From NCBI GenBank assembly GCA_963726745.1, contig CAVSDR010000003.1:928001-992000 (forward strand): a stretch of 64,000 nt of DNA, in the 5' to 3' direction. The DNA is from an uncultured Verrucomicrobiae bacterium. Lineage in GTDB: Bacteria > Verrucomicrobiota > Verrucomicrobiia > Chthoniobacterales > UBA10450. A program made the position numbers and the translations under genes. Numbering within the stretch: position 1 is the first letter of the stretch; each line of letters opens with the position of its first letter. Shown one piece after another: positions 50,754 to 60,446 of this stretch. The notes below the pieces were generated by a model. The model ran no database searches and was not told the DNA's origin. It saw only the letters and a program-made list of their open reading frames with translations.

Positions 50754-52559
50754 ATGGCGACCTCTCCCGCCGGCCGCCCAGCTTGGCAGCGCAATCGCGT
50801 CTTCGCATTTTTCGCTTCGCTCCGGCTCGCGGTTGTTCTCCTCGCGGTCCTCATTCTCGCGGGCCTTGCCGGCACGTTTCTCGAATCGCGCTTCGACGCG
50901 AAGGTCGCGCGCGCCTACGTCTACGGCGCTCCATGGTTCCTCGGCTGGCTGCTTTTGCTGGTCGCGAATCTCACTGCCTCCGCTCTCTCCCGCTGGCCGT
51001 GGCGGCAACATCACGTCGCTTTTCTCGTCACTCATCTCGGCATCATTACGCTCCTCTTCGGCGCGCTCATCGGACGCCTGTGGGGGATCGAAGGAACGAT
51101 TACGCTGCATCAGGGCCACCCTCCTGACCGTCGCCTCCTGCTCGACGAACGGGAACTGCGCGTGCGCGCCAGCGACGGCACCGTGCGCGTTTTCCCGGTG
51201 GAGTTCGCGCAGCGTCCGCGTGAACTCGGACGCCTCGCCTCCGGCGCGCGGCTGCATCTGGTCGAGTATGCGCCGGCGCTGGAATCCCGGCTCGATCCAA
51301 AACCACTCGCGGACGGCGGCGCGCCCGCGCTCCATTGGACCCTCCGGACCGCGATGATGGGGCAGCAACTCGACGGCTGGCTCCTCGCCGGCGAAAACCC
51401 CGAGCAGGCCCGATTCGACCTCGGCGGTCTGGCCAGGCTCGAGCTCCGGCGCGGTGCCGCGCCCGCCCTCGTCCCGGCCGATCTCGAGGAAGCCATTTTC
51501 GCTTTCGCAAAAGCGCCTAACGACCAGATCACCCGGCCCACGCAGGGCGGCCGCATCGGTGCGCAGGTCGTCCTGGCCGAGCCGCACGCCGGCGACTCCG
51601 GCGAAGTCACCGTGGTCATAGCCGGCAAGATGTGGTCGCACGACGTCGCCTCGAACCTCGGGAAAAACCTCCCGCTCGAGGGCAGCCCATTCACCCTGCG
51701 CATCGAGGGATATTGGCCCGATTTCCGGATCGAAAACGGCCAGCCGGCGAGCGCTTCCGACCAGCCAAACAATCCCGCCGTGGTCGTGACCCTGCGCGGC
51801 CATGCCCTGCCCGCGGTCGAGGACGACTCGGCGAATCGCGCCACCCTCTTCCTGGCCGAGAACGGCACCCTGAGCTACGAGCTTTCCTCCCGCCAAAACG
51901 GCCGCTCCACCGGCACGCTCGCGCCCGGCGCGCCCCTCGCGACCGGCTGGGCCGACTGGCAATTCACCGTCGACCAAATCCTGCCACACGCCGAAGCCGC
52001 GACCGCATACCGGCCTGTGACCGGCTTTGCCAAACAAGGCCGCCACTCGCCCGATGGCGTCCGCCTTCGCGTCGCCGATGGATCCGGCCGCGCCCCCGTT
52101 GAGCGGTGGATTCCCGCCGGTCGCGAGATCACCCTGCCGGCCACGCCCGCGCCGTTGGAGGTCGCGTTTGGCCCGCGGCAGCGCGCGCTCCCGATCGCGC
52201 TTGAGCTGCTCGCTTTCGAAGTCGAGCGCAACGAAGGCAGCCATAGCCCGGCCGCCTTCCGCAGCACCGTGCGCGTGACCGATCCGGAAGGCCGGAGCGC
52301 AGTCGGCGAATGCTCGATGAATCACCCCTTCAGTTTCCCTAACGAGTGGTGGCGCACCTGGACCGGGCTCACCTTTAAGCTCTCGCAAGCCTCGTGGGAT
52401 CCCGACGATCCCGAGCAAAGCACCATCCAGGTGCTGCGCGATCCGGGCTGGCTCCCGAAATGGCTCGGCGCGCTTCTCGTTTGCCTCGGCATCTTTTTGC
52501 TCTTCTACGTAAAACGATTCCGCCGCCCGACGGACGAAACCGCCGGGACAAGTCGCTGA
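50754..52559 (+). CDS. ResB/Ccs1-like cytochrome c biogenesis protein
   Basis: FFASLRLAVVLL, VY..PWF, THLGII, SMNHP, QASW, DPG..PKWLG. Confidence 0.75.
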   Translation: MATSPAGRPAWQRNRVFAFFASLRLAVVLLAVLILAGLAGTFLESRFDAKVARAYVYGAPWFLGWLLLLVANLTASALSRWPWRQHHVAFLVTHLGIITLLFGALIGRLWGIEGTITLHQGHPPDRRLLLDERELRVRASDGTVRVFPVEFAQRPRELGRLASGARLHLVEYAPALESRLDPKPLADGGAPALHWTLRTAMMGQQLDGWLLAGENPEQARFDLGGLARLELRRGAAPALVPADLEEAIFAFAKAPNDQITRPTQGGRIGAQVVLAEPHAGDSGEVTVVIAGKMWSHDVASNLGKNLPLEGSPFTLRIEGYWPDFRIENGQPASASDQPNNPAVVVTLRGHALPAVEDDSANRATLFLAENGTLSYELSSRQNGRSTGTLAPGAPLATGWADWQFTVDQILPHAEAATAYRPVTGFAKQGRHSPDGVRLRVADGSGRAPVERWIPAGREITLPATPAPLEVAFGPRQRALPIALELLAFEVERNEGSHSPAAFRSTVRVTDPEGRSAVGECSMNHPFSFPNEWWRTWTGLTFKLSQASWDPDDPEQSTIQVLRDPGWLPKWLGALLVCLGIFLLFYVKRFRRPTDETAGTSR

Positions 52560-52570
52560 CTAATTTTCCC

Positions 52571-53221
52571 ATGAACCACCGACATCTACTCGTGCCCATT
52601 CTCTCTCTTGCTCTCGCCGGTTGCGCCCCGCGCCGGCTTGATGTGGCCAAGCTCGCCGCGCGCGAGCAAAAGCAGCTCGATCGCCAGGCCGCAAAAGCGA
52701 AGGAAGCGCGCCCCGGCAATTGGGGGTTCTTTAGCGGCGAGATCGATGCGCGCTGGGAAGAGGACGGCCTGACCATGGTCCTCTTGAGCGAACTCCGTTA
52801 CACCGATCCCTACGGCGTCGTCTGGACTGCGCCCGCCGGTTCGCGGGTCAACGGCGCCTCCATTCCGCGCGCTTTCTGGAGCATCATCGGCGGTCCGTTT
52901 GAAGGAAAATATCGCAAGGCTTCCGTGCTGCATGATGTCGCCTATGACCGGCAAGACCGTCCGCCCGAGGAAGTGGACCTCATGTTTTACAATGCGATGC
53001 GCGCCAGCGGCGTCGGCATCGTGACCGCGAAGACGATGTACTACGCGCTCCTCCGGCACGGGCGGCATTGGAAACACCGGCAAGCCATCGCGGTCGACTC
53101 CGATCCCGACCGCCGCACGGAAGTGCGACCCGGCGAAATGAACGAAATCCAAAGCTGGATCCGCAGCAACGATCCCGATCTCACGCAAATCCGCGGTCGC
53201 GCCCAGGGAACCCCTCGTTAG
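52571..53221 (+). CDS. DUF1353-like lipoprotein
   Basis: Lipobox LAGC; W.AP.G..VNGASIPR..W, ASVLHD.AY, FYNAM. Confidence 0.75.
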   Translation: MNHRHLLVPILSLALAGCAPRRLDVAKLAAREQKQLDRQAAKAKEARPGNWGFFSGEIDARWEEDGLTMVLLSELRYTDPYGVVWTAPAGSRVNGASIPRAFWSIIGGPFEGKYRKASVLHDVAYDRQDRPPEEVDLMFYNAMRASGVGIVTAKTMYYALLRHGRHWKHRQAIAVDSDPDRRTEVRPGEMNEIQSWIRSNDPDLTQIRGRAQGTPR

Positions 53222-53250
53222 GCAAAAAAATTAGCCAGCAAGATGAAGCC

Positions 53251-54042
53251 GTGACGCTCCTCGATCTCCAACACGAAGATTGCGTCGCGGGAATGGCGAA
53301 ATTGCCGCCGGCTTCCGTCGATCTGATCGTCACCTCTCCGCCGTACAACCTCGGCATTCGTTACGGCGCCTATGCCGATACCGCCGAGCGCGCGAGCTAC
53401 CTCGACTGGTCCATGCTTTGGGCCACCGCAGCGCGTCGCGTCTTGAAAACAGACGGCGCTTTGTATCTCAACATCGGCGCCGCGCCCTCGAACCCGATGC
53501 TGCCGCACGAGCTCGTGCTCCGGTTGCGCGAGCTCTTTGTCCTGCAAAACACGATCCACTGGATCAAATCGATCGCGCTCGAAGACGGCACGCGCGGGCA
53601 CTTCAAGCCGATCAATTCCCCGCGCTTCCTGAACGATTGTCACGAATACATCTTCCAACTCACGCCCGAGGGCCGCACGCCGCTCGACCGGCTCGCGCTC
53701 GGCGTGCCCTATGAGGACAAGAGCAACGTCGCGCGCTGGGGCCATACCGAAGGGCGCGATCTCCGCTGTCGCGGCAACACCTGGTTCGTCCCTTACCAGA
53801 CGATCAAGAGCCGCGATCGGCAGCGTCCGCACCCGGCGACTTTCCCGGTCGAACTGGCGGTCAATTGCCTGAAGCTCCACGGCGTCACGCGCGTGCACAC
53901 CATGCTCGACCCGTTCCTCGGCCTGGGGAATTCCGCCGTCGCCGCGCAGCAATGCGGCGTGCCGCAGTTCATCGGCTACGAGATCGATGAAGGCTACCTC
54001 GCGGAAGCGCAGCGTCGCACCGAGGGGACGCTTCCCGCCTAG
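53251..54042 (+). CDS. Orphan beta-class amino (N4-C/N6-A) DNA methyltransferase
   Basis: DLIVTSPPYN, HPATFP, MLDPFLGLG, GYEID (motif IV before motif I). Confidence 0.9.
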   Translation: MTLLDLQHEDCVAGMAKLPPASVDLIVTSPPYNLGIRYGAYADTAERASYLDWSMLWATAARRVLKTDGALYLNIGAAPSNPMLPHELVLRLRELFVLQNTIHWIKSIALEDGTRGHFKPINSPRFLNDCHEYIFQLTPEGRTPLDRLALGVPYEDKSNVARWGHTEGRDLRCRGNTWFVPYQTIKSRDRQRPHPATFPVELAVNCLKLHGVTRVHTMLDPFLGLGNSAVAAQQCGVPQFIGYEIDEGYLAEAQRRTEGTLPA

Positions 54043-55076
54043 TTTTCCTGCGCGCCGAACTTTGCCAGCGGCTTCACCAGGTTCCCCGGCAACGGCCGCA
54101 CCCGATCGTAGATCCGCTCCGCAATCGGCTTCGCCACCAGGTAACCGGCGGCGAACATTTCCATCCGCGCATCCAGGTTATCGATGTAGTTGAGCGCCAT
54201 CGCTTCCGGTGTTTTCGGCGCCACCGGCGACCCAAACTGCGGCTCCCCATGATGCGCGCCGATCAAGTGCAACAGGTGCAGCCGAACGTCCTCCGAAGCC
54301 GGTGCGAGCGCGCTCCAAGTCTTCCAGTTCTCGCCCGACTGCAGCTTTCGCCAGAGCGAATTGACCAGCTCCATCCCGATCGAGATGTGGCCCATGAGTT
54401 CGCCCCGCTCATCGAAACCCATGGTAAAGCCATTCTCCGGCAGGTGATTTTCCCAGAGCTTGCCGCTGTCGTGAAAGAGGACCCCGGCGATGAGCAGGTC
54501 GCGGTTGAGCTGCGGGTAGAGCGGCACGATCGCCTCGGCCGTGCGCAGCATCTGCGCGGTGTGCTCCACCAGGCCGCCGCGCCGCGCGTGATGGTAGCTT
54601 CGCGCACCGGCGGTGCGCCGGAAGCGGTCGCCAAAGTCCGCCAGGAGCGCTTCGCAAAGCGCGCGCAAGCGCGGATCGCCGATCGTGACCACGCGCTCGA
54701 TGATAAATTCCCAATCCGCTGTCTGTCGGGCGCGTAACTCCGCCGGGCCCGCGAGCAGGTCCGCCGTCTCTTCACTCGTTAGGCGGCGCATTTTCCACTG
54801 TCGCGTCTCCAGCCCGAACTGCGCATGGAGGGCGAAATCGCCCGCGACCTCGATGAACTCCGAAGCCTCGAGGGCGGCGCACGCGCGGTAGTCGGCGTGG
54901 TCGCTCCAAACGCGCAGCGTCATCCGATCGCACGCGTCCGCCAGCGAGAGCTCGCAGTACGGCTTCCCGTCGCGGCTCGCCTTTGGCTCGGAGGCGTTGA
55001 TCTGCACATGCACCCGCGCGGAAACGATCCCGCTCTGGGTGCCGCGGCGGACTTCGCTCAGGCTTAAGAGATCCAC
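54039..55076 (-). CDS. OB-fold + HD-domain nuclease, YhaM/Cbf1 family
   Basis: N-terminal GKPY OB-fold, YHHA..GGLVEHT, FHDSGK, GHI, AHHG, PKTPEA...IDNLDA. Confidence 0.88.
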   Translation of the reverse strand: MDLLSLSEVRRGTQSGIVSARVHVQINASEPKASRDGKPYCELSLADACDRMTLRVWSDHADYRACAALEASEFIEVAGDFALHAQFGLETRQWKMRRLTSEETADLLAGPAELRARQTADWEFIIERVVTIGDPRLRALCEALLADFGDRFRRTAGARSYHHARRGGLVEHTAQMLRTAEAIVPLYPQLNRDLLIAGVLFHDSGKLWENHLPENGFTMGFDERGELMGHISIGMELVNSLWRKLQSGENWKTWSALAPASEDVRLHLLHLIGAHHGEPQFGSPVAPKTPEAMALNYIDNLDARMEMFAAGYLVAKPIAERIYDRVRPLPGNLVKPLAKFGAQEN

Positions 55077-55095
55077 GCGCGCCGTTTCTGCCGGC

Positions 55096-55626
55096 TTAAT
55101 TCTTGGCCACGCCGATCACGCCGCAGGCCAGGCGGCCACCGGCATCGCCCGTCGGCTGCGACTTCAGGTCGTCGGCTTTCTCGTGCACGATGATTGCGTG
55201 CCCGACGATCGCGTCGTCGCCGCTCAGCTTCATCATCTTGTCGGTTAATTCCAGGTGCGCCTTGCCGCTGGCATCGGCTTCCAGGTTGCCCATGTCACCC
55301 GTGTGGCGCTTCTCCGCATCGTGCCCGGCGTGCGCATCTTTGGTGGGATTGAAATGTCCACCGGCCGAGGTCGCATCAGGGGCCGAGCAATCGCCGAATT
55401 CATGGATGTGGAAGCCATGCTTCCCGGCGGTGAGCCCGCTCACATCCGCGACCACTTTCACGCCGTCGGCCGTCTTGGTGAAGGTGACCGTGCCGAGGAC
55501 CTTGCTGCCGGCGGTCGGATGCAGGACAGCGATGGCTTTCTCAGTGTCGCCAGCCGAGGCGAGCTGCGGCGCGAGGCCGAAGGCGGAGAGAGCGAGAGCC
55601 GAAACGAGGAGGGTTTTCGTGGTCAT
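55096..55626 (-). CDS. sodC: Cu/Zn superoxide dismutase
   Basis: Signal peptide; HGFHIHE.GDC, SAGGHFNP, H.GDMGN, IVHE..DD, GGRLACGVI. Confidence 0.95.
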   Translation of the reverse strand: MTTKTLLVSALALSAFGLAPQLASAGDTEKAIAVLHPTAGSKVLGTVTFTKTADGVKVVADVSGLTAGKHGFHIHEFGDCSAPDATSAGGHFNPTKDAHAGHDAEKRHTGDMGNLEADASGKAHLELTDKMMKLSGDDAIVGHAIIVHEKADDLKSQPTGDAGGRLACGVIGVAKN

Positions 55627-55680
55627 GCCCCGAGCATACACCCGCACCGCCGGGCTGCGCAAAATCTGCCAGCGCTTTGC

Positions 55681-56565
55681 TTAATCAATCAGCCGCTGCT
55701 CGATCCCGTCGTAGGCGTCGATCCGCCGATCGCGCAGGAACGGCCAATGCGTCCGCTGCTCGTCGATCCGACCCCACTCCACATCCGCTGCGATGATCTC
55801 CTCCCGGTCGACGCTCCCCTTCGCGAGGATCTCGCCGCTCGGCGCGCAAAGAAAACTCTGCCCCCAAAATTCCAAGCCCGGCCCGCCGACTGGCGCCTCG
55901 TGGCCGACCCGATTGACCGCCGCGACGAAGCAGCCGTTCGCGATCGCGTGGCTCCGCTGCATCGTCTCCCAGCTCGAGTGCTGCGCCACGCCGTACTTCT
56001 CCTTCTCACCGGGATGCCAGCCGATCGCCGTGGGATAAAATAGGAGCTGCGCGCCGCGCAACGCGGTCAACCGCGCCGCTTCCGGATACCACTGGTCCCA
56101 GCAGACACAGACGCCGATGTTCCCGCGCTGCGTCGCCCAGGCCTTGAAGCCGAGATCGCCGGGCGTGAAGTAAAACTTCTCGTAGAACGACGGGTCATCC
56201 GGGATGTGCATCTTGCGATACTTCCCCATGAGCGAGCCGTCGGCGTCGATGATCGCGGCGGTGTTGTGATACAGCCCCGCGGTTCGTTTCTCGAAGAGCG
56301 AGGCCACGATCACCACTTTGTGCTCGCGCGCGACCGCGCTCAGCGCGTCGGTCGACGGCCCGGGAATTTCTTCCGCGAGCGCGAAGTTCGCGTGATCCTC
56401 CGACTGGCAAAAATACTGCGAGCGAAAGAGCTCCGGCAGGCAGACGATCTCCGCCCCTTCCTCCGCCGCCTGGCGAACGAAGCGCACTGCCTTCTCCAGG
56501 TTGGCCGCGGGTTCCACCCCGCAGCTCATCTGCACGAGCGCGACCCGCGAACTTGCCGCGGCCAT
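55681..56565 (-). CDS. aguB: Carbon-nitrogen hydrolase, N-carbamoylputrescine amidase-like
   Basis: LPELF..YFCQ, YRKMHIPDDP.FYEKFYF.PGD, VCWDQWYPEAAR, YPTAIGW. Confidence 0.85.
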   Translation of the reverse strand: MAAASSRVALVQMSCGVEPAANLEKAVRFVRQAAEEGAEIVCLPELFRSQYFCQSEDHANFALAEEIPGPSTDALSAVAREHKVVIVASLFEKRTAGLYHNTAAIIDADGSLMGKYRKMHIPDDPSFYEKFYFTPGDLGFKAWATQRGNIGVCVCWDQWYPEAARLTALRGAQLLFYPTAIGWHPGEKEKYGVAQHSSWETMQRSHAIANGCFVAAVNRVGHEAPVGGPGLEFWGQSFLCAPSGEILAKGSVDREEIIAADVEWGRIDEQRTHWPFLRDRRIDAYDGIEQRLID

Positions 56566-56567
56566 CG

Positions 56568-57212
56568 TTACTTCACCGAATCAGCCGGCACGATCTTCAC
56601 GCTCTCGAGCGCGACTCGATTCACCGGCTTGCTGCGCTCGCCGCCGTTGCTCATCGTTACCGGCACGTTCGCCAGCTTATCGAGCACGTCGTCGCCTTTG
56701 ATGATCTTCCCGAAGGTGGTGTATTGCCCGTCGAGCTGCGCCACTTTGCCGAAGCAGAGGAAGAACTGGCTCCCGGCCGAATCCGGATCGCTCGAGCGCG
56801 CCATCGAAAGCACTCCGCGCTCATGCGCCTTTTTGTTGAATTCCGCCTTCACCTTGTAGCCCGGACCGCCCGTGCCCCAGCGGCTTTCGGCCGCGGGATC
56901 TTTCGTGAGGGGATCGCCGCCCTGCGCCATGAAGCCCTTGATGATCCGATGGAACGCGGTCCCGTCGTAGAAGCCTTCCTTCGCGAGCTTCTTGAAATTT
57001 TCCACCGTCTTCGGGGCCACGTCCGGCCAGAACTCGGCGACCATTTCTCCTTCGCTGGTCTTGATGATGGCGACTTCTTTGGCGGCGGGACTGGATTCTG
57101 GCGTCATGGTTGGTTTGGCTGTGGTGGAAGGTGATGGACTGGCCTCCTCGCTGCGGGCATTCGTCACTCCAAGAGCAAGCGCCGCGAGGCAACCGAGCAA
57201 GACGGATTTCAT
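56568..57212 (-). CDS. Secreted cyclophilin-type peptidyl-prolyl isomerase
   Basis: APKTVENF, FHRIIKGFMAQGGDP, LSMAR..DPDSAGSQFF, LDGQYT.FG. Confidence 0.93.
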   Translation of the reverse strand: MKSVLLGCLAALALGVTNARSEEASPSPSTTAKPTMTPESSPAAKEVAIIKTSEGEMVAEFWPDVAPKTVENFKKLAKEGFYDGTAFHRIIKGFMAQGGDPLTKDPAAESRWGTGGPGYKVKAEFNKKAHERGVLSMARSSDPDSAGSQFFLCFGKVAQLDGQYTTFGKIIKGDDVLDKLANVPVTMSNGGERSKPVNRVALESVKIVPADSVK

Positions 57213-57244
57213 GTTGTGACCACTTCCACGAAGTGCGGGCGAAG

Positions 57245-58216
57245 TCACGCGGGATATCGGCCGGGCTGCCAGAGGCCGGCGATCTCCGGCAAACCGAGCG
57301 CGAGGTTCATGCACTGCACCGCCTGGCTGGCCATGCCTTTCCCGAGATTATCCAGCGCCACCAGGATCGCCGCCGTGCCGTTGGCGCTGACAAACGCGAC
57401 GTCGGCGAAGTTGCTCCCCGCGACCGCGCTCACGCGCGGGCTCCCTTCCACGATCCGGACAAACGGCCGGTCGCGGAAGACCGTCGCTACCCGGGCGGCA
57501 AGATCGACCGCCTCCGGCAGCTGGCATTGCACCGTCGCGAAAATCCCGCGCACGAACGGCCCGCTGTGCGGCACGAAGGAAAACGTCCCCTTGATCTCGT
57601 TTGCCGACATCATCAGCGCCACCTCCCGGTCATGCTGGTGCGCGAGCATCTTGTAAGCGCGGTAATCGCCCGCGCGCGTCGGATGATGCGTCCCGGCCGC
57701 CGCGACCGTGCCGCTGCCACTCGAGCCGGTGACCGCGCTCGCCGCGATGAAGCCGACCTCCAGCCCGCGCAACGGGAGCAGCGCCAGCTGCAAGGCGGTG
57801 GCAAAACATCCCGCGCTGGCGATCCGGCGCGCGCCTGCGAGCTGCTCGCGATTCCATTCCGGCAAGCCGTAAACGAAGCGCTCGTCGAAGCGAAAATCCG
57901 CCGCGAGATCGATCACGAGCGCGTGGTCCGGCAGGTGGCTTTCGAAAGTAGGCAGCAACTTCGCCAGCTCGCCATGCGGCAAGGCCGAGAAAACCACCGG
58001 TTGCTCCGCCTGCGCAAAATCCTTCCACGGGATCTCGCTCTCAAAATTTCCCGGCACCACCCCGAGCAGATTCGGGTGCGCTTCCGCGAACGGCTTGCCG
58101 CCTAACGAGCGCGACGTCCCGCGCACGCTGGCCACGTTCGGATGCAACGCGAGCCAGCGGAGCAGTTCGCCGCCGCCGTAACCGGAAGCGCCGAGAATGG
58201 CGACGTCGAGCTTCAT
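57245..58216 (-). CDS. argC: N-acetyl-gamma-glutamyl-phosphate reductase
   Basis: ILGASGYGG.EL, ALPHG, IDLAADFR, YGLPE, GCFAT, DNLGKG. Confidence 0.93.
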   Translation of the reverse strand: MKLDVAILGASGYGGGELLRWLALHPNVASVRGTSRSLGGKPFAEAHPNLLGVVPGNFESEIPWKDFAQAEQPVVFSALPHGELAKLLPTFESHLPDHALVIDLAADFRFDERFVYGLPEWNREQLAGARRIASAGCFATALQLALLPLRGLEVGFIAASAVTGSSGSGTVAAAGTHHPTRAGDYRAYKMLAHQHDREVALMMSANEIKGTFSFVPHSGPFVRGIFATVQCQLPEAVDLAARVATVFRDRPFVRIVEGSPRVSAVAGSNFADVAFVSANGTAAILVALDNLGKGMASQAVQCMNLALGLPEIAGLWQPGRYPA

Positions 58217-59265
58217 TTGCTGCGCAGGTGCGGCCGCAATTTCTCGAGCACGAAATCGCCCAGTTGTTTCGCGTTCGTGCGCGCGTTCACCGCGGGCAGG
58301 CCTAACGACTCCACGAAACGCGTGCCCACGCGGTTGTCCGTCGCCGGGCCGGTGACGACGTCGACGCTCAAGCCAAAAGCGTCGCGAAAATGCGTTACCG
58401 CACCGGCCACGCCCACCGGATCGTTCGCGCAGAGCACGTGCAGCTTCCCCCAGGCCTGCAGCTCCGGGTCCTTCAAGATCGTCTGCACGCCGTACTCGCC
58501 CATGATCCCGTCGCCTGTTTCTGCGATGATCAAGTCCACGTCGCGCGCCGCCAGTTCGCTCAAGATCACGCGCGCCAGCCGCCCCGAAGTGTCCGGCCCG
58601 GTGCAGGCCACGCCTGCATCGGTGAAATCCAGGACCGCATCCGCGCCGTAGTCGCGCATCGAGAGGATGTCGCGTTGCAAACTCACGCCGGTCAGCTTCG
58701 CCCCGCCAACCTTGTAGCCTTCCTGCGAAAGTCGCCGGACGAGTGCACAAGCCGCATGCGTTTTCCCCGCGTTCATGCAGGTGCCGGCGATGTAAACCAC
58801 CGGGACCGGCTTCGCGTCCGGCCGGCCCTTGATCGCGGCCGACTCGATCGTGGCCGGCTGCCCAATGCGGCTGCCAAATTCCGGGAAGAGCAGCACCTGC
58901 CCGAGAATCTCCACCTCGAACGGCTTGCCCACATCGGGGCTGCCGGAGATCGCCTGCCCGATCACGCCACCGACGTTCAGGAGATTGAGCGCGTCGCCTG
59001 TTTTCACCGCGGTCGGCATCACGCCTTCGTAGCCTTGGAGCGCGTTGCGATGGCCGAGCGCGCCCACGATCACGTCGCCATCATGGAGCACGCTCATGCG
59101 CCCGTGCACATCTTCGAGCTGGTTGTAGACGCTCTTCTCGCCGTGCACCCGGCCGACTACCACCGCGCCCGGTCGCACCTCGATCTCGTCGGCTAAAGTC
59201 ACCTGCCGCCCGAGCCGCAAGTTCCGCGTCACGGAGGCAATTTTGTCCAGGTGCGTGCGGATCAT
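58213..59265 (-). CDS. DUF1611-like P-loop protein inside the arg operon
   Basis: IAGTCMNAGKT (Walker-A-like), GAKLTG, DFTDAG, AETGDG; 4-bp overlaps with argG and argC. Confidence 0.7.
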   Translation of the reverse strand: MIRTHLDKIASVTRNLRLGRQVTLADEIEVRPGAVVVGRVHGEKSVYNQLEDVHGRMSVLHDGDVIVGALGHRNALQGYEGVMPTAVKTGDALNLLNVGGVIGQAISGSPDVGKPFEVEILGQVLLFPEFGSRIGQPATIESAAIKGRPDAKPVPVVYIAGTCMNAGKTHAACALVRRLSQEGYKVGGAKLTGVSLQRDILSMRDYGADAVLDFTDAGVACTGPDTSGRLARVILSELAARDVDLIIAETGDGIMGEYGVQTILKDPELQAWGKLHVLCANDPVGVAGAVTHFRDAFGLSVDVVTGPATDNRVGTRFVESLGLPAVNARTNAKQLGDFVLEKLRPHLRSK

Positions 59266-60446
59266 GGTTCGTTCCTCTTCATCGCGAGCATCTGCGGCAC
59301 GCCAAAAATTTTCCCGTAGGCCGCCGCTTCCGCGCCGGTCCAAAACGACGTCCCCTCGCCGTAGCTCGCGATGTCCGCGCGCATCAAGCTATGCGGCGAG
59401 CGCACGCCTTCGACCGTGAAACTCCGCGGACTTAAACGCAGCCGCACCTCGCCGCTGACCATCGCCTGGCTGGATGCGAGGAAAGCCTCGAGGTCGCGCG
59501 CCAGCGGATCGAAGAATTGCCCTTCGTGCAAGAGCGAGCCGTAGAGATTGCCGAGGTTTTCCTTCCAGAACATCTGCTTCCCGGTGAGCACGAGCTTCTC
59601 CAGCTCGCGATGGGCCGCGATCAATAAATGCGCCGCCGGCGCTTCAAAGCCGACCCGCCCTTTGATCCCGAGAATGGTGTCGCCGAGATGAATTCCGCGC
59701 CCGATGCCGAACGAGCGGCCAAGCGCATTCAGTCGCTCGATGATCGCAACCGCGTCCAACATCTCGCCGTCTAATTTCGCCGGCACGCCCTGCTCGAATG
59801 CGATCACCAGCGTGTGCGACGGCGTCGCCGGGTCGATCGCGCCGCCGGGATAAGCCTCCTCCGGGAGATGCTGCCACGAGTCATGCGTTTCCTTGCCGCC
59901 GATGCTCGTGCCCCACATCCCTTCGTTGAAGCTGTATTGCTCCACCTTCTCCGGAAACTGGAAGCCGCGGGCATCGAGGTAGGCGCGCTCTTCCGCGCGA
60001 GTCGGCGCGAGGTCGCGGATCGGCGTGAGAATTTCCAAGCCCGGCGCGAGCGTGCGAAAGGCCACGTCGAACCGCACCTGATCGTTGCCCGCGCCGGTGG
60101 AGCCGTGCGCGAGCGCGCCCGCGCCGATCTCCTGCGCATAGCCGACCACACGCCGCGCCTGGCAGACGCGCTCCGCGCTCACCGAAAGCGGATACAAGCT
60201 GCCGCGCAGGACGTTTCCGAAAAGGAGAAAACGGATGTAATCGCGGAAGAGTTCCTCACGCGCATCGATCGTCCGGTGCGAGGCCGCGCCCAGTTTGCCA
60301 GCGAGTTCTTCGATCCGCTGGAGCTCCGCGGCGTCGAAGCCGCCGGTGTTGACCGTGACCGTGTGGACTTCGCGGCCCTGCTCGCGCAGCCAGAGGACGC
60401 AGTAGGAAGTGTCGAGGCCGCCGGAGAAAGCGAGGAGGGTTTTCAT
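59262..60446 (-). CDS. argG: Argininosuccinate synthase
   Basis: LAFSGGLDTS, HGSTGAGNDQVRFD, GIKGRVGFEAP. Confidence 0.95.
   Translation of the reverse strand: MKTLLAFSGGLDTSYCVLWLREQGREVHTVTVNTGGFDAAELQRIEELAGKLGAASHRTIDAREELFRDYIRFLLFGNVLRGSLYPLSVSAERVCQARRVVGYAQEIGAGALAHGSTGAGNDQVRFDVAFRTLAPGLEILTPIRDLAPTRAEERAYLDARGFQFPEKVEQYSFNEGMWGTSIGGKETHDSWQHLPEEAYPGGAIDPATPSHTLVIAFEQGVPAKLDGEMLDAVAIIERLNALGRSFGIGRGIHLGDTILGIKGRVGFEAPAAHLLIAAHRELEKLVLTGKQMFWKENLGNLYGSLLHEGQFFDPLARDLEAFLASSQAMVSGEVRLRLSPRSFTVEGVRSPHSLMRADIASYGEGTSFWTGAEAAAYGKIFGVPQMLAMKRNEP

Noticed and set aside
52571..55076. MTase + HD nuclease + DUF1353 as a defence system
   Set aside because: The MTase and YhaM-like genes are convergent, YhaM is a common housekeeping nuclease, and there is no restriction enzyme or mobility context.
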